A stretch of DNA of 64,000 bases from Antedon mediterranea (taxonomy: Eukaryota > Animalia > Echinodermata), in the NCBI RefSeq assembly GCF_964355755.1, contig NC_092677.1:11554101-11618100 (forward strand), written 5' to 3'. The notes under the pieces were generated by a model. It worked only from the letters and a program-made list of their open reading frames with translations, searched no databases and had not been told where the DNA came from. Shown one piece after another: positions 23,301 through 35,300 of this stretch. The translations under genes were made by a program, and so were the position numbers. The first letter of the stretch is position 1. Every line of letters starts with the position of its first letter.

Positions 23301-26300
23301 GATGGAGCATATCATGTAAACAACTGAACACTAAACCATCCTCCTCATCATTATCGTCTTCTTCTTCAGTTTGTTCTCCCCAATCTCCAATGTCGCAGTA
23401 TTCTTTGGCATTTTGTTGACACGCTTTATAAAGCTGTGGGTCTAGTCTACATGACAATAACAATTAAAAAAATAATAATGATGCAGATATATATGGACAA
23501 TCTATTGGCTACTGTACTTTTCCTCGATATGAATTAAGTCTAGTTTGGCATGGTTCACTTTATGCCAGTCTATTAACTCAAAAAAGCAAATACATCGATC
23601 GCAAAATTAATGACAGACCATCAGACCACCGAAAGAGAGTCATGGAAACGATTAGCGTACGCAATGTCTACCCAAGACGAATAGCGTAACGGATGATGAT
23701 GATGATTATCTTGCGAATATGCTGCTTTGTATTTGACCTAACTTTAACATGTGACAATGTATTACAACACTGGACAGATACATGCCATATGTGGAGATAC
23801 AGTACTGAGAATAGAGTGTGGTATTTTAAAACTGGCGACTTGAGTAAAGCTCTGTCTACACTATCAAACTAGTTTGTGCCCAAATATGGTTTTGATATGC
23901 CCAAATATGGTAGTGATATGACATTATCATGTCCATATGGGCCAATTTGTTTGTCACATAAAGTTTGATAACCTGTAGACAGAGTTTACTCAAGTCGTCA
24001 GTTGCAACATACCACTCTCTATTTCCAATACTGTATCACCACATATGGCATGAATCTGTCAAGTGTATTATAGGAAAATTGTGTAATACATTGTCCCATA
24101 GTATCACAGGTGGCACCTGTCTTATGTTATGGTTGTATAACAGGCACCACATTTGGCACTGTATTACAGAAGGCCTACTAAGAATCAACTAGTATTCAAA
24201 ACCCATTTGACCGTTGTGCACAATAAGAGGCATAACGTGTGATACACATGTGGCACTGTATTGCAGAATTTGCTTATGATACAGGATAAATTATAGATAC
24301 AGCACCAAGAATATAACATACAAAATTTAACTTTTTTTCTATTAAAAAAAAAATTAACATTATGCAAACAATGAACAATAATTACCTAAAATCCCTAGTG
24401 ATGAAATACTGCAATGTCAACAGACGTGTCTCGCAGTCTTTCGTCATCTCTGGAGCATTAAGATTATCCATTAAACATGCTAATACTCTGTGAAGAAATA
24501 CAATTACACATTACAAATAAATCTGTATAAGGTGGTGTTCCTGAATAATCTTAAAATCATCACGGTTTTGTTTTCCTGCTCATAACCACTCATAGTGTAT
24601 GTACATTAAGCTCTTTCTACAACTAGTTTGACAAAAAAAGTGTGATGTGCCCAAATATGGTAGTGATATGCTTAAATATGGTAGTGATATGACATCATCA
24701 TGTCCATATATGGGCACATCACAATTTCTTGTCACATAAAATGTGATAGTGTAGACAGAGCTTTATGGTTTTTATAGTACAATACAATCTCTCTTTTGGG
24801 AAACCCCAATAAAGGAGACATACCTATTCAGAGGACACTTCTCTATGAAACTAACAAGGGGAAATATATGTTGTTTAACAATATGGTCGAACTGTGTTAA
24901 GTATGGTCAACCACATGAGACAAGAAAGGGTTAACCCCAGTATACTAGTACATCACAGCCACTGGTCATAACTGGGCCCTCTAATTGGTAATGACTCACT
25001 GGCTAAACCCAGGGCCCCAGTGCTTATAGGGGCCCCTGAGCAGAACCCAGAGGAAACAAAAGGTTTTAAAATATGTCAAAAAAAGCTGAAAACATCTAAG
25101 GCTTCCAGCATTTGAAGGACAGTTAGGGTTTCTGAACAAGAACCTCAGGCCCTCTGTGTTACGCCACTGTTAAGAGAAGAGTTTGTTGGGCCTGGGAGGT
25201 GCCCTCTTAACAAGGAGTTCTACTGTAGTGAAACCTACTGAGCATTTCCCTTAGATACACCTTTACACAGGCTCTCTTCAACTGGTCTGCAAGCCTTCTG
25301 TAAAGCACTGTCTATCCTTACATCTTGCCCAGCATCAGTCTCTTTAACCAGTTCCTTAAGCTGAATAAAATTATAATTTCCATTGTTAAAATTCAATTAA
25401 ATATCAGGTAGTGAAGAACAATATGTACTCGTGAGACTGAATATGTTGCGTCTTTATTTAAATAGCGCACACATTCAAAACCATTGTTTGATATATAGTA
25501 ATAATTTTTTTATAGGAATAAATTATTAGAAAATGATATGTGCTGTCATAAAAAATCAATAATTCAAAAATTGTGTTTTCAGTTCACCGTTCATATTACT
25601 TTACTACTATAGCCCTAATAATTTTTACCGTTCATATTACTACTATAGCCCTAATAATGTTTACCGTTCATATTACTACTATAGCCCTAATAATTTTTAC
25701 CGTTCATATTACTACTATAGCCCTAATAATTTTTAATTAAATTTGTTGACATCTATTTGTATTCATTATTAGTTTTTTCATCATTCAATTCCTCCGAACG
25801 AGCATGATTGTAGGCTAGTTTTGTCTTTGTAAATCGGAATAATAGAAATGAATTGAAATATCAGGAAAAGTATATTAACTGTACTGTACAACAAAGAGGA
25901 AAAACATAACAAATTATGTAACACCAAGAGTGCCTTCAAGTAGAAGAAACAGGAATTGTAGTTAGATAAATACACACTTTTTAATTTGAATGAACAGAAT
26001 AAAACTATGGTACTATTACATTGAGACCCTCTCCTTTGGGACACGCCTATTCAGGGGACACGCATATTCAGGAAACACACCTATTCAGGGGACATAATAT
26101 GTCTATATGTATAAATTTCCACTCAGCTATCACGGGTGACAAAAAAGACAATTTCCCTATTCGGGGGAATGCCGTATTCAGGGGACACACCAACCTACTC
26201 AGTGGACACTTTTCTGTGAAATGAATGACACCACTGCCAAACCCATATTCAAAGGACACCCCTATTAAGAGGACACTTTGTTTGGTCCCTTAATAGGGGT

Positions 26301-29300
26301 TTTACTATATCCCAAATATAACTTACAGCTGCTTTACATCTACCATTCTTCAGTTTATTTTCCTTGGCCAATTTCATGAGGCAGTGTAGTGTCTTGCCCT
26401 CCCTTTGGAGTCCTTTGCATTGATTGTCGATGTTATCACGGCAGGCTAAAATGATTCGTGGGTTGATCATGTAGTCTTCCATGAGCTGTTTACGCTGGTC
26501 AAACATCTCTCCTTGACACTCTCCACTAACCTTCTTACCTGTTGAAGTAAATAATAAGTGTAATGCTAAACATTAGTATATACAATTCTAACTAGTTGGG
26601 TAGTTAAAGTAGACATCTAGACATAGCACTGTGCTTTAAATTTAGCCTGGAGCTAAGAACTCACTAGCCAGTCAGAAAGAAATAAGCTCCTCAAAGTTGT
26701 TCGTTTCAATTTAAAATAGTTTTTTTAGGTTTTGAGCAGTTTTATCAATATTGGTACAGTATAATGATATTTAGAAAAATTATATTGGTATATTAAAATT
26801 GTAAAATGAAGATTAATTAAATCCGACTTTAAATAGGTTATTTTGTAGTTTTAATAAAGTTAATCACTTCCGTAGAAAAAAAACCCCATTCATTATTTGT
26901 ATACTATTTAATAATCATTAACTATCTGTACTAACCTTGCTTAATGTTCAGTTCTAGACATAGTAGGATGACGGATAGTTTGATGTTATGATCTTTTGAA
27001 TTCCTGGCATCGCATTGAAATTTCTTGATTTCTGGCTTACACTTTCTTTGCAAATTCACATTTACTCTATAATCTTGTGCTGTTAATTTTTGTTTTTTAG
27101 TTAACTCAGTTCGACACTGACCAAAAAAAAGATTGATGTGTCATATTATTAAATAGGAAATACATTTTTTTCTATTTATTTATTCGTTACTTAGGAACCA
27201 AACAATGAAACATCTAAAAACGGTTTTATCTTTACTACAAGTAGTACTCCAAATGGATTATTTTGTTAGACAATCAATTAAAAACTGTAAATAACGTATA
27301 ATAATAAATGATTAAAATCCTTATTACCTCTTCTTTCATTTCTTTTTCAAATTTATGTTTCATGAGACACTTGTAGACTTTTCCTTGCCCCGCATTCACA
27401 TCATCACAAAAGCGATCACGATCGTCGCGACAAGCAAAGTACAAAGGTCGATCTAGGTGGTAGTCGTTAGCCGCCAGTTCCGCAACTCGTAAAACTTGCT
27501 TTTTACACGTATCGTGTAGCGTGCTAGAATGGGTTTCTAAGCACTTGATGACAGCGCCCTGTGTATGCGGAGGTGGACGTTTCTGAGAATATAACATAAT
27601 ATTTTTCACATAGTTAAATACAGTAAAATTATGAAAACATAATAAACTGCAAATAATTGTTTGGTAACAGAACACTACTGTGTAATATTACACATTGATA
27701 AATGTTTAAATCGAAATGTTATCAAAAAATTCACATTAAAACTACATTACTGTAGCCAGTTAATTCTGAGAATAAAACAAAAATATTTCACATAGTTAAA
27801 TACAGTAAATAATAAATAACATAATAAACTATTATCAACATAAAATTGTTTTCTAACAGAACACTACTGTAATATTACACATTCATAAATAAATGTTTAA
27901 ACTTTCGAAATGTTATCAAACAAGGCCATATACATGGCTGCAGTCAAGTGCTCAAGTTAGTGTTTACCAACCGACCGACCTAGTGAGGTGTAGAGTCGCA
28001 TTACATGCAACTAAAAATGCACATTAAAACTGTACAGTACTGTACCCAGTTATTTACATTTTATGGTTTATGATTAATATCATAAACAACAAAAATGTTA
28101 CCTTCTTCAAGGCATACAGTGTATGTAAACCTAAATATAAAGAAGGTTGACCATAGCGATAAAATAATCAGTGTGCAATAAGATTCAATAATGAAAATGG
28201 TATATTATCTACAAGTCATGACTACAGTAATTCAATTGTTAATTTTTATATTTAAATATATTTGTAAATTTGCATGTATTTTTGTATGTACAGGTATGCT
28301 GTTTGGAAAATGAATTTCCAACATATTTTATAATAAATAGGACAATAAATATTTTCTTATCTTGTATCTTACATTTGATTCTCTTTGTGTTTGGTTTTAG
28401 CAGTATTTAAGTGCACTAAAGGGTACAGTATTCAGTCAAAGGTCGTGTTTATACAACACCCTAAATTTGAACACGGCTTTAATTTTTAGCGTGTTGTTCG
28501 GACCGAGGTCAACCCACCTTAACGTTTGCTGTTATACTAGAAATCACGATACCGTGTTATACCTGAAGTTTCATCAACACGCAGTGCATGCTAGGATAAA
28601 AGGTCAAATCGTTGATCGCGCTTGAATTGGCTGAGTTGTCAACAATCATCGTCGCCTCCTCGCTGTCCGATGTATTCGCGCGGTTTTTACCATTTTCATT
28701 ATTGTATTCGTTCACGTTTGCATTGTTGTTTATTTTGTTCTCGGTTCATTTAAATTAATAAAAGTTATTTTAAGGGTTTCATTGTTTCATCTATACACTA
28801 TGGAAGAAGATGCCATTTTTGCGATGTTATTTTTTATTCTGTTTGGAGTGGGAAACGATAGAGGCCTACTAGGCCTACCACTACGAGTTGGCCCCACTAG
28901 GCTAGGCGTAAAAGACGTGGTATCCCGGAGGATGATTGCTGGCAGCGAAGCAGCAATAAATGGGCCCAATCTTGTTAGCAATGTCGCATGACATGATTGA
29001 TATTACGACCTAATTTAACGAGAGGTCAAAATATACCCTGAGGACACTTCCAACACGGTAACGGCGACCGGGAATCCACCAAATTTTAGGATTCAGCCAA
29101 GTAGCCTTTTTTGCAATTAAAATCTCATTACACGGAATCTCTTTGTTGTTATACAACACACTTTTCGTAGGCGTGTAGAATATGCGTGTAATAGCGTGTT
29201 GTATAAACGCGCCCAAAGATACTCTACTGTAGTCTGTATGACAATTTTATAATTTCCTTTCCTTATTTTTTTAAATTCTAAATTCAGAAGCATAAATTGT

Positions 29301-32300
29301 TTTACAATACTTTTTAAACAATACACAAATAGAACCCCTCTTTTGGGACACCATTATTCAGGGGACACCTCTATTCAGGGGACACCTTTATTCAGGGGAC
29401 ACCTCTATTCAGGGGACACCACTATTCAGGGGACACCTCTATTCAGGGGACACCTCTATTCAGGGGACACCTCTATTCAGGGGACACCTCTATTCAGGGG
29501 ACACCTCTATTCAGGGGACACCTCTATTTAGGGGACACCCCTTCACTTTATTGTAAAATGAACGAAGGGAAGCGCAGTGTATAATGTTTTATCACTATGG
29601 CCAACCTTTAATTCACACATTTTTTGGGTCCCAAATGTGTCTTAATAGAGGGTTTCACTATAATCCAATCAGCTTTAAAAAGCACAGAATCTATGCTACT
29701 GTACTTCAGGTGCATTAACCCATAAACACATGATGAACATTCATGAATTCCCTATCTTATAGTCTATTACTACAGACTATTCTAACAATAAGTAATTCTA
29801 AAATTAGTCATTCTCTTGAAGCAGTGTCACAAAGCCGTTATTATGCCACATTTTATGATTTTCTCATTATAAATAATCGTTACCACATAATGTTTTCACA
29901 TCTGGCATTAATCTAAGAAAAAACCATTACAGTAACAAGGTGGAGTTCTATAAATTATGCTTAATAATAAGACTAACACAATAACAGAAGCAAGCGCACC
30001 TGCTAGTATTTTAAATATCACAGGAAAATAAAAATGTTATTTTATATTGACAATATGTTATAAACAGAATGCATTTCTCATCATTATTAATGAACTAAAA
30101 TATACACACAACTGGTCATTAAAAAAGGTGAGCCATGTGTATTTAATTCAAACAAGGTCTAATGAATTTGTTAATCTTATAGCTAAAATTGCACGGCAAT
30201 GCATTAACAGTGTTCCAACAAGAAATGATTGGACATTTGAATCTATATTTTAAATCAGTTTCGTTTCTAATATGCCACATCATCATCTTGCTATATAAAT
30301 CATTAAAAGAAATACTGATACTGTGATTAGATTACATCTCTAAGGCGTGTATGCTTCTGCAATACATATTGTTAGGAGCACTAGCAGTCACCTATCTGAA
30401 AGCATTAAGCTCTGTCTACACCATCAAACTAGTTTGACAAAAAAGTGTTAATGTGCCCAAATACTGTATGGTGGTGATATACCCAAATACATGGTAGTGA
30501 TATGCCCAAATATAGTAGTGTTATGACATCATTATGCCCATATATGGGCATATCACATATTTTGTCACATTAAGTTTGATCTAGTGTAGACAGAGCTTAA
30601 GTACCATACTGTATTGTAAGGGTCTCCACGTAATGGAATCGGCAAACGTGATGCATAAACTGCTGAACATGGTAAGTAAGCCACACACTTATAATATACA
30701 GTATGTTGTATACTGACAACAGAAATTTAGAAAAATCAGGAATATTTCTTCACAGTTGAAATGAAAGGAAATGTAACAAGGACGTGACCTCTATTTGACC
30801 TACTCGCCCTGGTACCAGTCTACTATGGGTGCAGACATTGCCATTTCCTTTGAATGATGTTATACATGTATTTGGTTTGAGCACACGTTTCTTTTTTAAT
30901 ATATTGACAATCTTTTCATATTTGTGTACCTTATACCACACCTTGTTTAGATTTACATAGTGAAACATATACTGTACTCATACTATACTATACACTGTTG
31001 TAGAATTGCATACAAGATTCTATTTTATAATATTGGGGATATTTATTTCTATCTTTTAATATCACAATAATAATTATTTTATAGTTTGAGCATTGATCAT
31101 TATTGATAGTTAACGAATGCTTTTTCCATTATCTATACATTTTTGCTATTTCCTGTACCCATATGTAATGATCCACCTTTGTAAGAATTAAATTATAATA
31201 ATCATGATTTATTCATCCAGTAAATATCTATTCAAACAACATAATTATACAAGCACAAAGGTTACAATTTCCACAAAGCTACATGGTAACTATGTCAAAT
31301 AATAGTTACTGTATTTCTTCAAATAAACGCCTGCTTTAAATGTGCCTGTCTCCACCTCTTAAAACATCTTTTGGAATAATTTTATTTGAGGATACATGCT
31401 ACTATATTACACTAAAAAAAAAAACTTCCTTCAAAAAAGGCCTCCCTAAAAACCATTTCAAACATTTCACCGTTGGGCGTATATTCAGATGAATAAGGTA
31501 TCTTCAATTCTAGCTAAAACTTAAACTTGTTCCACTAAAAACTTGCAACAGTAGAAATAATTAAACAAACAAAAAAGTAAACAAAATATGAATAAAAAAA
31601 AAATAAAAATTGGATAAAAATGTGGTTACAGTGAAAGTTTTCCTGTAGGTAACACTAACAGAGAAAAATTTCATTTTAAAATTTTGTTTAGCAATATTGC
31701 TAATAAAACTGATTTTTTAGTTGAAAAAAGTTTTGTATTGTATTTTTTGCTACACAATTTTAGAAATGTGTAGCATTAAGGTTGTTTTGTATAGCTTTTT
31801 GCTACGTAGATGATGGTATTAAGTACAGTATTTAAAGCCCCTAACCATTGTCCTCAATAAAGATGAAGGTTATTTATTATTTATGAAATTTCATTTACAT
31901 AAGTCTTACGTTACATCCTGGTGAACTAACTTTCCCTTAATTAAAAAATCAATTCAACTTACAGCAGATTTGTCAAGTACTGGATGAGACACATCTCCAC
32001 AATTGTTGGTAGTGATGTCTTCTTTACAGCTTTCGTAGAAACCGTGGATTAAATTGAAATCACTAAATGTTATTGCCATCATTCGTTTAAGGTACTGAAG
32101 GCATTGTGGTGCTGTTACATTTTCCAGGTGTTCAAAAAGACACGGTAACACTAGACCTTTGCCTTGTGGAAGAGTGCTGCAGTCTTTAAACTAGAATAAA
32201 TAAACGTAAATAAATAAAAATAAGCGCCTTATTATACTGTGGAAGGACTAACGCACACAAAAAAAACAAGATAATTATCAGGATGTGAGCAGAGGCAGAT

Positions 32301-35300
32301 AGGATGCCATACTAGATAAATGAAAAAAAATAATAATATTACAAAGAGACCGCTTCAGATCCAAACAATGTGTCTCCTTAATAGGGGTTGGTTGTAGTGT
32401 TAAAACATATATTTTCCTCTGCTCGTTTCACAAAAAAGTGTCCTCTGTGACCTTAATATTGTAGGGTATCTCAAAAAACGAGTTTTACTATAGTTACCTT
32501 AGTTAGAGCATCTTTGCAAACTTCTGTTGCGGCCGACTCAAACCTAACATCCATAGTCAAATTGTACTTGTAGTGCCACAGAAACTGTAAATGTACATTA
32601 TAACAATCCAAGTACAGTCAAATATTATCAATAAATTAGTCACTGCAGTGTAATAATAATACTGTATCAACATTATTAGATTATTGTTATACAATAGAGA
32701 ATATTATTTAAACTTGGATAAGGATTGGAGGTTCCATGCATTTTAAAGAACTCAGTAGAGCCTCTGGGTTACCCAACATTGTACAGAACCACCAGTCTTG
32801 GTGGTTCTGTACAGGCTCTTCACTGTGGCTGCCTTCGGTCTATAGAGGATCAGCCCTACGGTAATCCAAATTTCCTCCATAGAGATTTGGACGTCACAAT
32901 ACAGTAAACATTAATAATTGCGCCGGGAATTCCCCTCTCTATAGCGTTGCACCGCCCATTGATTAAACTATTATAAGGCCAAATAAAAAAAAATACTTGT
33001 TAAGCGTCACACCCTCATAAATTTTCAGGGGCGGGGGGACGGTTTTTTTTTTTTTTTTTTTAACTTTTTATGGAGGTATAATTTTGCGCGATGGACGTTT
33101 TGGCCCACTTTTTTTTTAGGACGAAACGTCAAACTTTTAAAATGCGAAACAGAACAAAATTGACTATGTATGAAATATTATTGCTTATGACAAAATTGAG
33201 TTTTGTATTGTTTATATCCAGAGGTAATTAAAACATTAAATTTAATTGCCACCGAGCGAAATTGTAGGCCCTAGACTAATCCGTCCAAGCTGCCACCCCG
33301 CCTCACTCATCGGCGGCCATGGTCCGCCGTCTCTCGCTCGACTCATCTATCCAGGAAATTCCCTATCGCGAGAAGCATGATGTTGGTCTCAATAATACTA
33401 AATTATAGTGGGCTGATTTTGAAAACAGCTTACGGCATTTCTTAAGTGAATTTTTATTCAACGTATTCATTCTTCTTTGATGAATCCGTTGCCAATTGCT
33501 GTGTAAATCAGTATTTAAAGTTGTGATGCGAAAAGTGTGTGTAATTATTCCACAGGTAAACCAGGCATAAGAAAACGCATCGCCGGGCCCATCGCCCAAC
33601 AGGACCTCGTGGTGTGCCGATCTCGAGCGCGAGATCATCATAAACAAAATTGGTAGAGTCCATTATGTATGGGGTGTTTCCTATTTACGAACCTATAAAA
33701 AACGCGTTTCGACCACTGTGTAGGCAAAATATTTATTTCAGTAATCCCTAAATTGATAATCGTGTATTCTGTAATCACGTGACTGATGATGTAATCCTCA
33801 GCGACGTACTAAATGCACGTGATTTAATGTGTTGGGGAAAAAGCTTGCTGTTTACCACACATGATTCGCGGTGCTATTCGCGTTTCCTGACGTAAATCGG
33901 CGGCGTGTAAACAGCCCACGAATTTCACGTCGGCAATCGGCAATTGCCGACCTTATTGCCGACCTTAAATTGTCAGAGGACGGCATTCTCTTGCCGACCT
34001 AGAAATTTCTTTCAAGCCTAGCAACAACATGGTACATTAAGGGATCGTATCATTGAGACTTTAAACACCCATATTCACCACCATGTGGTGTTTAGTTAAC
34101 AAACCATGAAATTAAGATGATCCCTGAATTCACTCAACCATTGCATCATGCAGTTGTGTGAGCTGCATGCTTTCTATCTGGGCACAGAGCGAGACCTGTG
34201 TAGGAGGTGGGAATACCCTGTTATGTCAAGTAAACAACTATGCTCTGTGTACGGCTAGCTCCATAACCACGATGTTTCTCCCTTGCTGAACATCGTTCAG
34301 CAGTTATCAAATAGAATTTATCTTGTAAATTTTAGTGTTAGGTTTTTATATTTTAGTTAATTTTGCTAGTTCTTTTTGCATAACATATAGCTAGGGAGGC
34401 TAGGCCTGGCTAGGCCTTAGGTTAGCAAGAGGTTAGGCCTTGGTGAAATTTCTATTTTTAAAACTGCCGAGACTGCCGACCTTGGCGAATTTAAGGTCGG
34501 CAATTTTTTGCCGACCTTCTTTTTTCTGAATTTCGTGGGCTGTGTAAATGAAACAATTGTTTTCACCAAATTGCCGTTGTCGACATAGAGCGATCGGTGG
34601 CTAGCTAGCGTGGCTAAGCTAAGAAGTACGTATTTTTCAAAAATTACACCAGCCTAGCAAACATTTGCTAGTTTTGAAATTTTAACTAGCAATTATGAAG
34701 AATCTACTAGCAAAATGCTAGTTTGCTAGCGCGAATTTTGAGCCCTGCTCTAGAGCTGGGCCGGGCCGCTAAACTTTCCGTTGTATATGGGTAAAAAAAA
34801 AATAAAAATAAAAAGAGAGGCGGCTGGATAATCAGGAGCGGGCGGTGACGCTTAACAAGTATGTTTTTTTATTTGGCCTAATAAATCTCGGAACAATTAT
34901 GGATAATTTAGCCATACAATGTATTCAACATACAAAACAGTAGTTGAGAAAACATGTTTTACTGTATTTAACAATGCCTGTTTTCACTCCCAATTAGATA
35001 ATATAATCACTCAACCTTAGGTATTAGTAGGGTACAGTTACAGTAAAATGGCAAATTATTGAATGAATAACATGGTTATCCACTGTTGTTGTTATTATGC
35101 ACTTGTCAATTGTATGACCCACTATACGACCCCCGGGAGAGGTGCGTCATGGGTGCGTCATTTACAAATAATTACTGACGCAGGGGTGCGTCAAAAAACC
35201 TAGATGGTACGTCACATCAATGAACAAGGTGTGTCAATGTCCGTCACTTTACCACCCACCATATCATAAACAACATGGACACAGTGCGTCAAAATGGGTG

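Noticed and set aside
29343-29531. Repetitive ORF (GTPLFRGHLYSGDTSIQ)n
   Set aside because: Frame-cycling translation of a 17-bp tandem repeat
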